From positions 9,362,001 through 9,426,000 of the forward strand of contig OZ024748.1 of the NCBI GenBank assembly GCA_964016885.1: 64,000 nucleotides of DNA, given 5' to 3'. Each line of letters begins with the position of its first letter. Positions within the stretch are counted from its first letter, which is position 1. Shown here one piece after another: positions 12,414 through 25,043 of the stretch. Under the pieces are notes generated by a model, which was given only the letters and a program-made list of their open reading frames with translations, searched no databases and was not told where the DNA came from. Origin of the DNA: Eledone cirrhosa (taxonomy: Eukaryota). Both the position numbers and the translations under genes were made by a program.

Positions 12414-13828
12414 TTAAACTATATAATAAGTTTGTTTTATCATAAAACCATTGGAGTTTTACATTTTATTCTAGCTTAGTTCAAGTAAAATTAGTGAATT
12501 CTTGTAAAATTTATTTTGTCTAATTTTCATGATTTTTTTTCTTCAATATTCACTTTTTAAATCCATATATATATATATACAATGTGCTTCCTTCTATGTA
12601 CTAATATATATACAAAATGTTCATTGACTTGTCTACCACCTGCATTTTTCCTGAAAGATGGCTTTTAAATATGTGTGTGTGGGGGTTCTTTTCTATGTAT
12701 GTGTACATGGGTGTGCATTTGTGTATATTAAACTTTTCTTTTTTTTTTTTCCTTTTTTCACTTGGGAACTAACAAATACATCTTTGAAGAAATAGCAGGA
12801 ATGTACCTAAGACACTGTTGTTGTTGTTACTTTATATTTTACATCTAATCAATTATATCATGCTGCAAGATAAAAGGAAATCGAAAAAAAAAATTATATT
12901 TTTTCATTTTTCATTTTTTTTAATCCTTTAATGTCCTTTTTATATTTTTATTCAATGAAAGCTTGAAAAAACAGTTTTTTTTTTGTTTTTTTTCCATTTT
13001 TAGATTATTTTTCCCTCCCCTCCCACCACCACCATAGCATCTCTTCATCCTCGGTTACTACTCACTATCAGTAAAAAAAAGGTTTATTTTTAAAAATAAA
13101 AATCATACAAAAGTAAAAGGAATTAGATGAAGTATTTGAAGGAATCTGCTAATTGAAAGATTTTTTTTAAATGTTCAGTTATGAAAATATAATATTTAAA
13201 AGTAAAAAATTGAATTTGTAAAAATTGAAAACTGAGTTTTTATCTAAACCTTTAAAACCAGTGTATAGGAAGCACTAGTAACAGATTTTCATAGCTAAGA
13301 GTGATTTTGATGATTGACAAAAACTAAACTAAAATTTCTCATATTGTAGTTTTTTCTGGAAAAAGCAATTCAGGAGAATTTATAATATATATAGATAAAA
13401 GAAAAACTAAAACAAACACAAAAAAACGTTTTAATGTTATCTTAAATATTTTACATATTTATATGCGTAATGCAAAATTGCATTTCAAACAATCCATCAT
13501 TTAATATAGTTTGAGCTTAATGACCATCATGTGTGAAAAAGATTGAAGAGGACCTAATTTCTGTTGAATTTTCTTGTATTTTCAATTGAATTATTTGAAT
13601 TTAAAAATTAATGGTTTCTCTAATTGTCAAAGTAAATATGTCATCATTGAAGTTTTTCTATTATTCACGTAATATCTGTTTTTGTCTTCATTTGTTACAT
13701 TAATTCTCACTTTATGGATATTGAGTGCAGAAACGGCTTTTAGTCCTTTTCAATTCATTTCGAGACGAGAAAGTATTTCTCACATCCTACTTAGCAACAT
13801 TAATTATAGATATATCAACCTTGTGAGG

Positions 13829-14070
13829 TGCACACACACATGTACAAACACACACACATACACACACGCATGTACAAACACACACACACACACACACGTG
13901 TGGAGAGAGAAAGAGATGTAGATATCACACACACACACACACACACATACACACATGTGTGAAGAGAGAGAGAGAAAGAGATGTAGATATCACACACACA
14001 CTCATACACACATACACTCATGCACATGTGTGTGGAGAGAAAGATGTAGATGTCACATTTACATATATCA
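13829..14070. repeat. Compound (CA)n-(GA)n-GATGTAGATATCA repeat, 3 units
   Basis: gagaaagagatgtagatatcacacaca recurs three times. Confidence 0.85.
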
Positions 14071-14597
14071 CATCTTACAGAATAAAAAGAAGTTGTCTTA
14101 CTTTCAGTTCTTTGGTTAAGAGGAAAGTGTAATTTCTCATATTTTGACAATAATTGATAGATGTAATAATGTAATAATGTTTGATGTGAGATTTTAAAAC
14201 TTTTATTTTCTGGGAAAGATTCCTATCAGTCAAGTGTTAAAATTGATTCAGTAACATTAATATCTAACATGAAACTTTTAATTTGTTATTGTAGTTTTAT
14301 CGACAAAATAAATACTCATTTTTCGCGTTTTTACTGCCCTTTACTGTCAATTATCAATATTTTCTCTCAAAGTTATTAATGTACTTTATACAATATTTCC
14401 TTACTGAAAAAGGGACTTCTTTGTAAAAGATAGACATTTTTTTTACTAAACTTTTTTGTCATTTCAGAGTCTGAGAAATTTAGCAAAAAGAATAAAATAC
14501 TTAGACAAAAATGATCTTTAAGTTTGGAACAAAAAGGATCTCAGATATTTTCATTAGTTGTTCATATTTCAAAACTAGAAATATCCTGATGGTCTAT

Positions 14598-15070
14598 AAA
14601 ATGAAGGTACAATGTTAGAAGATATGTGAAATGAAGGTACAATGCTAGAAGATATGTGAAATGAAGGTACAATGTTAGATATGTGAAATGAAGGTGCAAT
14701 GTTAGGAGATATGTGAAATGAAGGTACAATGTTAGATATGTGAAATGAAGGTACAATGTTAGGAGATATGTGAAATGAAGGTGCAATGTTAGGAGATATG
14801 TGAAATGAAGGTACAATGTTAGATATGTGAAATGAAGGTACAATGTTAGAAGATATGTGAAATGAAGGTACAATGTTAGATATGTGAAATGAAGGTACAA
14901 TGTTAGGAGATATGTGAAATGAAGGTGCAATGTTAGGAGATATGTGAAATGAAGGTACAATGTTAGATATGTGAAATGAAGGTACAATGTTAGGAGATAT
15001 GTGAAATGAAGGTGCAATGTTAGGAGATATGTGAAATGAAGGTACAATGTTAGGAGATATGTGGAATGAA
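14598..15070. repeat. 27/30-bp minisatellite, about 16 copies
   Basis: Unit ATGTGAAATGAAGGTrCAATGTTAG(GAG)AT; explains the 178-aa repetitive ORF. Confidence 0.97.
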
Positions 15071-15281
15071 AGGATTGGACGTATTGATAGTGTCCCACAT
15101 GTTATACAGCATATAGTTACGGCCTTTTACGTTCTGAGTTCAAATCCTGTTCAAGTTGGCTTTTCCTTTCATCTTTCCAAAATCGATAAAATAAAGTACC
15201 AGTAATATAATGGGGTTGATTTAATCAAGTTTCCCATTCCCTTCAAATTGCTGGCCTTGTGCTAAAAGTAGACACAATTAT
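15070..15281 (+). mobile_element. tRNA-derived SINE (family A)
   Basis: ttacgttctgagttcaaatcc, cctttcatctttccaaaatcgataaaataaagtaccag and gctggccttgtgctaaaagtagacacaatt. Confidence 0.8.
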
Positions 15282-16443
15282 CAATCAGAGTAAGAGTTCT
15301 TTAAACAGTTTCAACTCCAGACATTTGATCAAACCCTATCACTTATCTCACAGAATTATTACATAGTGTAACATTTCTAACTACTTTCTTCCTACATATC
15401 TAACAATTACATTTCTTGTTGCACACTTTTCTATATCCCAGAAACCTCTTCATTTCAAACCCACTCTTCTAACATTAAAAACCTTTGCAGTTTTCTCACC
15501 AAATGTAATTCTGACAAAACCAAGGCCATCTAACAATTTGTTCCTTTCTGACTGTCTCAGACTAAGAAAAGAATTAAGGAGTTTAAGTGCTGAGCCTTGG
15601 CAGTCACATTATATATTGCAAATGTCTCTCTCTCACTATATATATATCAACTGCTAGTTGTTTTATTCATTTGCTGCTAATCTTGGCTATGTACATGTAA
15701 AAATGTGATGTGTATGCCATATTGTTTACGCTTTCTATCTTGTTCCTCTATAATTCCTTAATTATAAATGTCAATATCTATTTACCCTTAAAAAAGAATA
15801 TTCTTTCCAATCTACTTATTACAGAGTTATATACATTGATTCCATCTTTTTCCATTGCAGAGATTTTAATACCAGTAATTCTAGCAGATCTCCTATTACT
15901 TAATAAAAGCTTATAACTATTGTTGGCTCTGCTTTTCTCAATAGAATTTCTACAATTATCAAATACAATATTGCCAAGAAATTGGAACATTTCTGTGAAA
16001 TTTCTTCCAAATGTTCAACTGATTCTAAGACAAATTATAAGTTGCTTACTTGCCTTGAAACTGAGGGAAGTTGTTGACTTTTAGATGTTAGCCCTATAAA
16101 CCTCTTAAAACTTATATTTTTAATTTCATTTTAGATTTTTAATTGTAATTTGTATAAATTGTGAAAATTCTTGTGTATTTCTTTTCAAAATCCAGAACGG
16201 ACATTTTTAGATTTATCAGGATTTTCTTTACTTGGTCTTATTAAATTTATACAAAGCAGTAAAACATTCTTATTGAAAAAACTAGAAAACAATTTAAATA
16301 ATTTTCTTTGCCATTGACACAAGTTGTCTGTTGACTATTTTGTTGATCTTTAAAAGAATATTTACAACTTGTGAAGAATCTGTTCCATGTTTCACTGGTT
16401 TCATGGCACAAAACTTTTATTAACTGCTTTTTATATCCTTGTA

Positions 16444-16548
<105 letters not shown>

Positions 16549-16683
16549 TGTTTACAAAAACTTGAAGTGAAACAAATGATTTTATCAAGTATTTGTTTGG
16601 GGCTTGCCAACCTCTTGTAATGCAGCGATGCTAACAATTTCTGTTTTTCTGTTTCTTCAACTTGCAGGGAATACTTGGATGCC

Positions 16684-16783
16684 ATGACGTCATCACAGCC
16701 TACAAATGCATCAGAATGGCAACTATATCGAGTTTTACAACGTGCAAACCTCTTACAATATTATGATACATTTATCGCTCAAG
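16684..16783 (+). CDS. NAB: NGFI-A-binding protein (NAB1/NAB2/Drosophila nab family), first identifiable coding exon, NCD1 N-terminal part
   Basis: Acceptor ...ttcttcaacttgcAG ends at 16667; GCCATG with ATG at 16684; translates MTSSQPTNASEWQLYRVLQRANLLQYYDTFIAQ(G), matching the NAB NCD1 motif (LYRVLQRANLL.YY..FI.QGGDD). Donor G|GTGAAT at 16784, phase 1. The frame is open back to the acceptor, so an upstream start in an earlier exon cannot be excluded. Confidence 0.93.
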
Positions 16784-17201
16784 GTGAATACTATTTACAT
16801 TTTTACTTCAATGTTGCTTTGTCTTTAACATTTTCTATCCTAATTTTATAGGATTGAAATATTTAAGGGGAGGATGTGATAGGTGTGGTGAGGTGGTGTT
16901 TCTATTGTTCATTAAAACTAGAATGGCTTCTACTAAATATATATTTTCTAAAATAGATAAGCTAATTTTTACTTTTGAAAACTTTTCTCCATATTTAAGT
17001 GTGGAATTTCAAATATTTTGGTGAAAATAAAAAAGTAAATGTTAGAAAAAGAAATATTAATCAAAATGGAACAGAGGCCAAAAGTCTTGTGAGTTATAAA
17101 GAATGGATAGAACTGTCTCCTTATTGTATTGACTATCTTCTCCCTTGTATATATATGTATGTATGTGTGTGTATATGTATATATATACATACACACATGT
17201 A

Positions 17202-17233
<32 letters not shown>

Positions 17234-17559
17234 CATACATACATACATGTGTGTGTGCCAGCCTGGGTAACATGTTATGTCTGTAAACTGAGTTTAAAAT
17301 CAGGTGTGGAGCCTAATGTCAACCATGTTTACCATTCTCTCCACCCCCTTCCCAGCAATTTCATACAGGGACTCTAAACTATACCAGTGTCAATATTATC
17401 CCTGAACAAGTAACCCTGTTCAGTAATCCCATCTTTTATCAACCCAGACCTTTATATTCAGAAACCTCTCTATTATTCCAGCTTCTTTTGATTCTTCTTA
17501 CAACAACTGTTGTAACATACGATCATTTACTGTCATCTGTTGGAGAATGTTTAGAGTAA

Positions 17560-17665
17560 ATTAAACTGAATGTGAGGGGACCTTTCATTAAATTGGATGT
17601 GAGGGACCTTTCATTAAACTGGATGTGAGGAGACCTTTCATTAAACTGGGTGTGAGGGGAACTTG
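17560..17665. repeat. Short minisatellite, unit about 27 bp, 4 copies
   Basis: ttaaactggatgtgagggacctttca repeated. Confidence 0.85.
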
Positions 17666-19207
17666 TTTCAAAGCAAATGTGACTGAGAATGTTAATAAAA
17701 GAGTCTGAAGAATGAGTAATGGAAGAAAGATTATGGCAGCTGCATGTTAGTTGTTGGTAAGGAGATTGAATAGAAAACAGCGTGAGCAACATAACCTGAT
17801 AGCAATAACAGTAGGTCATAGTAAGAACAAGTAAATACTAAATAGTTAATAACTCTTATATTTCAAATATTAGTCTCGCAATATTTTATCTTTGAATTAT
17901 TGCTGCTAGATTAGATTTTGTTGCTGCTGTTTTGTCATTCTTACATCTGTCATGTGTTGTCATATATTAGACACATATGCTAACTAATGGTTTTCTCCAG
18001 CAACTCTTTTATAACTGGGTATTAATCAGGTTTGAGGCGGGTAGTAGAAGTTTCCTTTGTCTTAGAGGAATCTTTTTTTTATATATAACTGTGTATTTGA
18101 TTGTACTAAAGACTGGCTCACCCTGGAGCAATACAAATAAACTACTTTGACAATGCTGGTACATGACAAAGGGAGATCAGCCTCTAGAATCAGTGGATCA
18201 TATACTCATCTCTTTCTATAAACATTATAGTCATTGATACCTTATAAAATGTAATAAATATCCTTTGAAAAATAATTATTGTAGTAATTAATGAAGAGTT
18301 CTTTGAGAATTCTTTTGGCATATATTTATTTTGTTCTCTACACGTTTTTGAGGGTAGGGGCACATATCGAAAAACTTAACTTCTAAAAACAATGTTTGGA
18401 GAAAAAAAAACATGTAGTTATTGAACTACAATTAGCTTTTCTCTTCCTAAATTTTAAAACCAGTAACTCTACAAATATTTTATTATACTAACTATATCAC
18501 TATTCTGGCTAAAATTTATCTAACTTACTTTATATAGCACTTTTTTTTATACAATTTCTATTTCATGATATTTACTTTGTAAATTAGACTATTTCTTTCC
18601 CCATTTATGGTGTTGGTTTATGGTGATAATTTCACAGAACAACCAGTATTAGTCACTTAGAATTACATGTATTTTTATTCTAATTCAAGTTGTTGATATT
18701 TGAAATAACTTATATTTTCTCTGGTGTTGTTGCTCTTCATTTGAATCTTTTTTAAGTTTAAATCCTGTCACAGTTGTAGCCTGTCATTCATTCATGTTAA
18801 ATAAATGAAATACCAGTAATAAACTGGGATTCATTACAACAACGATACTCTAAACACTTCTATCTCTGAAAAATTGTTAGTAACAATAGGGGCAGTTGTA
18901 TAAGACAGTTGTTATTGTAGTATAAGACAGTTGTTGTTGTAGTGTTGGTGTTGTTATTGTAGTGTTGGTGAGACAAGACATTTGAGATGTCACAATGTTC
19001 AAGTGAAGGTTTCTTAAGTCTTTACTTTCGCTAAAGATTTTATTAATTAATAGAACAATTAAATTACTGTCAAATTGAATAATGAAATCTTGATTTCATT
19101 TTTGAAAATATGATTTCATTTTTACCTTTCCAAAATAATCAGATTGCTTATTGTTGCCATCTTGTTGGTGTGGCAGGTTTGGGAATTACATTCTCAAATG
19201 TCACTAG

Positions 19208-19279
19208 TCTGTCTGTCTGTCTGTCGGTGTGTGTGTGTGTGTCTGCCTGTCTGTTGGTGTGTGTGTCTGTCAGTGTATT

Positions 19280-19356
<77 letters not shown>
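19208..19356. repeat. (GTCT)n/(GT)n microsatellite
   Basis: Direct reading. Confidence 0.97.
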
Positions 19357-19359
<3 letters not shown>

Positions 19360-20504
19360 CCATGAATTTTATCTGCAGCCCACCTTTACTCTTCTATACC
19401 TTATAAGAGACATTATGTTCAGGAAATCAATCTTCCAATTAACATTCAACTACCCAAATAATTAGCTAATTGTTTAATTAGCTAATTATTATTGACTATA
19501 AACCTGTCAGCTAGAGAGCTGGAATTTAGTTGGCAATAAAGACACTGTTTAGGTAAAAGAAAGGGTTTCTTAGCTTTGTTATTGTGGTTGCTTATACAAT
19601 GATAATAGCTGAATTGGTTGTGATTAATGAGAGATGTTTTATTTTGAGACATTGTGAACATGGTTACAGCTACAATAAACAGTAGTGACCAATACTGACC
19701 AATACTGGCCTGTAATGGAAGACTAGAGTGTGAGCTATTGTGAACATGAGTAAATACTGGAGTGTGGATTTCTACCTACCTATCTACATACACACATACA
19801 CACACATTACACAGTCACACACACACTTACTTGCAGCTAGATTGACACTGGCTTTTTAGAGGCAAGTGTGTTGTCCAGAGATTATTGGAACCTCAACCAA
19901 CAAAACTGTCCTAAATTATAAATAATACTCTATTGTGTCCACTGTGCCACGGGGCAGTCAGCACATGGTCCCTTATAATAGTGAGAGATGGGGAGAGTTA
20001 GAGAGATGGAGGCAGTGGTTATACCAGTATTGCTACCGACACCTCTTTAAGAGAAGCTCTACTGCTATCAAAGTGCTGATAACCCAGCTTCACCTGTTCA
20101 AGGTGTGTACAGGGTAGCTAAACTGTTCCACATGATATCATTGTCTTGTTGCTTTATGTCAAACAGCTGCTACCTGCCAAATCTATAGTGAAGATCATGA
20201 ATTCAAAACTTACAACTAAGATTATAACATATTGTCTCTGATCGAGACGAAGCGAGAGTGTTCTAGTGATGAGTTTTCTCATTTTTATATGTAACTAAGA
20301 TTATGTTGTGTCCTTCAGCCAGGTAGATAAGTCCTAATTGTCCCTGTTTACCTGACTAAATAAAAGTAGAGTTTATTGGTAAGGAGGGGGAGATGGTAGA
20401 GTTATAAAATAAGATGTTCTCATCCTGTTGTCTGTTGTTACAGAAACTGGTTGGCCTTTATGTCGATAGTAAATTATTACTTCTCTGGTTACAATATGTA
20501 AATT

Positions 20505-20739
20505 GCTACAGCTGCTACTACAACCACTACTACCATCATCACCACCACCATCACAACTACTATTACCACTACCACCGCTACCACCACCACTACTACTACT
20601 ACCACCACCACTACCATCATCACCACTACTACCACCACCACCACCACTACTACCATCACCACCACTACTACTACTACCATCACCACTACCACCTTCACTA
20701 CTACTACTAGTAGTACCTCTGCCACTACTACTACTACTA
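20505..20739. repeat. (CAC/TAC/CAT)n trinucleotide low-complexity tract
   Basis: Direct reading; gives spurious poly-H, poly-P and poly-V ORFs. Confidence 0.95.
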
Positions 20740-22847
20740 AGGTTTCATTTTGCGATTTCTTAAAAAATATGTTCTCTTTCATAACAATATAAGAATCCAA
20801 AATTTCCTTGTGGCATCATGAGTGCATGGTAAAAAAAAATCTTTACTTTAACAGATTTCTATCTCATTTTTCAACATATTATTCTTGGGTACAGTAAGTG
20901 TTGGTTTGGAGGTTCTCTTTAAAGTTTTTAGTTCATTAAGGTTTTTTTTTTTTCTTCTAAATGTATTCTAAACTTCAAAAAACAAAATGAAGTCTAAACA
21001 TATAATTCTATTTCCATTATTCTTGACAGTATTCTCAATGTTACTTTCCTATAGCAAAATCTTATAAATGAACTTCAAGTCTTAATAATGTTTCTTTATT
21101 ATTTTATTTTTGTTATTGTTTGGTAGTGTTTTGTTTGTGTTGTTTTTGTCCATCAATGCAGTTGGTTTCTACACTAATATTCCATATTCCACCTCTAATA
21201 TTTGTCTGTGATTTAATCTTTAATAATTTCACTTCTCTATATTTTCCTCTATTTAATATACATCTACTTCGACAGAACTTGGATCTTCAATAAAATACAT
21301 CAGAAATCTTTCCCAAATAAATTCTTTTTTTTTTTCAAGTTGAAAGAATATTCTTTTTAAACTGCTTTAATAAAATAAAAAACTCCTAATACAAAATATT
21401 TGATAAGAGCAAAACATAGGAAAAAAGAAAGCAAAACTCGTGTAGCAAAGGGGATTTACTTTGTATTTATTAATTTGATGATTTTTTTTTCTTTAATTCT
21501 ATTTTTATAACTGTCATTTTCTACATTTCATTTTCTTTTCAAATATTGGTTCTCCAAGTATGGAATATTTTTAACTGCTCATTATCTGTTGGTTTGGTGA
21601 GACTTCTCTTTAGACTTCACTAACCTGAAGGCAAATAGCTTGAATTAAAATTCATTTTTTAAATAAATAAATAAATAAATATATAAATAAGCGTAGTTTC
21701 TACTCTGCATTTCATGCTTCTATGAAATAATAATTCTATTGAAGTATTTAAAAAGCATATTTTCTCTATCATTGAAATCTTTTGTGTTGTTTTAGAAATA
21801 GAATGAAGATATTGGCACTTTGAAAGAAAGTGAAAAAGAATTGTCAGCATAAAAATGAGATAAAACTACTGAATGTGCATGTTATTATAGTTGTAGAGTT
21901 CAATACAGGTTTTAGTTTGATAATATATAAGTTTGATTTTTCTTTCAATGTTTTCAACTGTTGTCTTGCGAAAGATATAAAAGGCTTAGGTATAAGTTTA
22001 GTTTTTATTAATTTATATTTGATATTAGCTGCTTATTTGCTTCTCTCTCTCTTTTCATTTTATTATTATATTTATAGCAAGTTTGTTTATTGTTGCAATA
22101 GTTTTCTTAAAATACAACCTTTACTTTGTTTGTCTCTTCTTTTTAAAACTATTCATGTTTTGATTTCAATAAAAAGCTACTAATGTTGTAGTGAACTAAC
22201 TTTACATTAAAAATTCAAATAGTTCTGACAGTACAAAAGATTTTGTAAATACTCTGAATTCTTCTAGAGTCAATATTTAAATAATACAAGTGTTAAATGT
22301 CTAATATCAATAACTGTACTTCTTCCTTTTGTCTCTTTAGAAAAACAAGTCATATCATACAATTAGATTTGATAATATTAAATACTTTCTCTTACTGTTT
22401 TTGAATTTTTTACATATATATATATATGTATGTATGTGTATCTGTGTATATATACATATATATTTATATATCTTTTTTTTTATTTATGTTTATTTTTTCT
22501 TACTTGTGTAATGTACAAACAAGAAAACTGTGAATATCTAAAAATTAGAAGAAAAGCAAATCACACTAAAACAAAGGTAAAAACCTTGTAAAAGCAACAA
22601 GAATTTACCAGTTAGGAAAAAGTTTCAATAAATAATTCACAATATTTATTGATCTGCCAATATTCTATTCAGATTGAATCTTATAATCTTTTGATTATTT
22701 AGAGGTTTTTTTTTATCATTTGATCGCTTTCAATTATTTTGCATTGTGTTGTAAAACAAACAAAATTATCTCCACCATATTTTGTTTTTCTGCAACAATC
22801 AATTTTTGTCTCTTAAAAATGATACGTAGCTTTCTCTTTATTTTCAG

Positions 22848-22985
22848 GAGGAGATGATGTTCAACAATTGTGTGAAGCTGGGGAGGAAGAATTTCTTGAG
22901 ATTATGGCTCTGGTAGGCATGGCTAGTAAACCTCTACATGTTAGACGTTTACAAAAAGCACTGCAAGAGTGGGTAGCGAATCCAG
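22848..22985 (+). CDS. NAB: NAB coding exon 2, NCD1 C-terminal part
   Basis: Acceptor tttctctttattttcAG ends at 22847; 138 nt, phase 1-1; translates (G)[45 protein letters not shown], near-identical to the NAB NCD1 consensus; donor CAG|GTAGGA at 22986. Confidence 0.96.
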
Positions 22986-23099
22986 GTAGGAACATTTGTT
23001 TTTTATTCTTGTAGAATATATATATATATGTTCTTGGGGATCTATTTAATGTCATTCTTCACTTGGAACTCTAGTTTTATATATCTAAAGAAGTCTAAA

Positions 23100-23370
23100 C
23101 TCTGTCTCTAGCCCAGAAACTCCACAGGCCGGTGCTTATCCCAGTTTCTGTGGTGTGAAGCAGCTGGGAGTACAAGACTCCCTCCTGGACAGAACGCTAG
23201 TCCATCGCAGGGTTAAACTCCCAGCTATTGCTGGTACTCATTTTCAGCTGAGTATACTGGAGGAACATGAATTGAAGTGTTTTACTTAAAAACACAACAC
23301 ACAACCCAGTCCAGGGATTGAACCTACGACATTATGATCATAAGTCCAACACCCTCACCACTAGGCCTCC
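23100..23370 (-). mobile_element. tRNA-derived SINE (family C), antisense in NAB intron 2
   Basis: The reverse strand reads ggcctagtggtgagggtgttggac (A-box), ggttcaatccc (B-box, + strand gggattgaacc at about 23314-23324), ctcagctgaaaatgagtaccagc and ccctgcgatggactagcgttctgtccagg. Confidence 0.8.
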
Positions 23371-23629
23371 ACAGTTTTATATATAATAGACATTAAATTC
23401 AAGTTTCATACACTTAACAAGTATGTGCGACCTTAGGTTTTGGGGTCTAGTTATGGCCACCACTGTAGAGTGGAGGAGCTGTTTCAAATTATAACATTGG
23501 AAGAAATAGTCAGATCAGATTCCTGAAGATGAGGAAAAATTTAGAAAAATTTAGAAAAATAGTGGATTGTATAAGTATTGAAATCACAACAATTTATGAG
23601 AAAGTTGAATCTTCAACATTCTTATAAAT

Positions 23630-24590
23630 AGATAGATAAATTTCTTTATTAGCCACAAGGGCACAAAAGAAGGGGACAAATACAAATGGGGAGTTTACAT
23701 ACAGGTATATGAAAATAAAACTATTAATAAAATAACAAATAACAATTGAAATCCCCAATAGGGGGGAGGCGTTACACAGGGGTTGTACACACCCCGAACA
23801 AATGTACAACCCTCATCTCCAGGAGCACCAAGAGTGATTACTCCCTTCCTCTCTTCTTTTTCCTCAACCTACAGACTTATATAGAGAGAAGGCTCAACCA
23901 CTCGGGCCATCTTTGCCACATTCACCCACCTTTTATAAAATTTGCTGGGGTACAGCACCTCTCTCTCCATCCTGATTCTTCTTCCAAAATGATATTTGAA
24001 AAAACGAATCAGTTGCTCGCCGGAGAGAAAGGTGTCTGACCTCGGCCCTTTTAACCTCGTCCACCATATAACCTCTTTCACCATAACACATAGGAAAACT
24101 GCCTCTCCCTCGTTTTTGAAGGAGGGTGGTGGTTTGATCATGACAATTGACTCGGTGGTCAACTGGATTGGTCCCACCCATGACAATAGTCGTTCTACAT
24201 AGCCCCACAAGTCGGTAACGCCCGGGCAGTGTACAAATGCGTGCGCGACGGTTTCCTCATCGTGCACGCATCTCGGACAGATCTTTTTCGAAGGGTCCCT
24301 ACCCAGGCACCCGTATCTGTAGAGCTTGTCTCAAACTGGTAGAGCTCCTCGGTAGCACTGCCAGGCCAGGGACTTTTGGAAGTTGTCCATTGGTCCTGGG
24401 CGGAAGGTCCTACCAAACAGACTGGCCAGTTCGTCCTCCTCTATGCCTAGAGTTTCTCCGAGCGCGTCGTCGCACTTGCTGCGGACCAACCCTCTATAGA
24501 ATGTCGAAGTGGAGTCTCCACTGATCGCCGGGTCCGTTTGCCAGACGACTGTGAGCGCCTGAGCACATTCGATGTGCCAGTCGCCCATTT
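23630..24590 (-). mobile_element. 5'-truncated L1/Tx1-like non-LTR retrotransposon, 3' end of ORF2 and 3' UTR, copy 1
   Basis: Frameshifted ORFs give DNFQKSLAWQCYRGALPV then C..C.HDEETVAHAFVHC (zf-RVT-type CCHC) then KEVIWWTR; GC/CpG-rich island; AATAAA and a (TCTA)n tail on the - strand; (GATA)n on both sides. Confidence 0.85.
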
Positions 24591-25011
24591 AGATAGATAT
24601 ATAGATAGATATGTAACATCCCGACTGCAGTACCAAACAGTTTCTGCTTGTGTGTGGTCTCCTCAGTCTCAGCACTGCAGACTCTATATATATATGTGTA
24701 GTAGTAGTAGTAGTAGTAGTAGTATAATCCAATTTTCAAATCTTTTTGAAAAAAAAACAATCCTTCTCAATGTTTTAGTTAATGTAGATTAATTGATTGA
24801 AATTCTGCCGTTGTTTTAAAGTTGCTAACTTATGTCTGTTGAGAGATGACAAGTAATTCGAACTAAGAACAAGAAATACTGAATTAAATCTACTAAAACT
24901 ATTGCTTTACTGTCAACTATTTTTTACCTGTTATTAATAGAAAATATTTTCTTATTATTTTAACTTCTATACAAGGAGATACACACACACACTGTCACTC
25001 ATACTCACAGT

Positions 25012-25043
<32 letters not shown>

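Noticed and set aside
14562-15098. 178-aa ORF, the longest outside the LINE
   Set aside because: Translation of a 27/30-bp minisatellite that happens to lack stops in one frame.
20414-20800. His-rich, Pro-rich and Val-rich ORFs
   Set aside because: Trinucleotide low-complexity tract open in several frames; no splice support.
22861-23055. 64-aa minus-strand ORF
   Set aside because: Antisense shadow of NAB exon 2.
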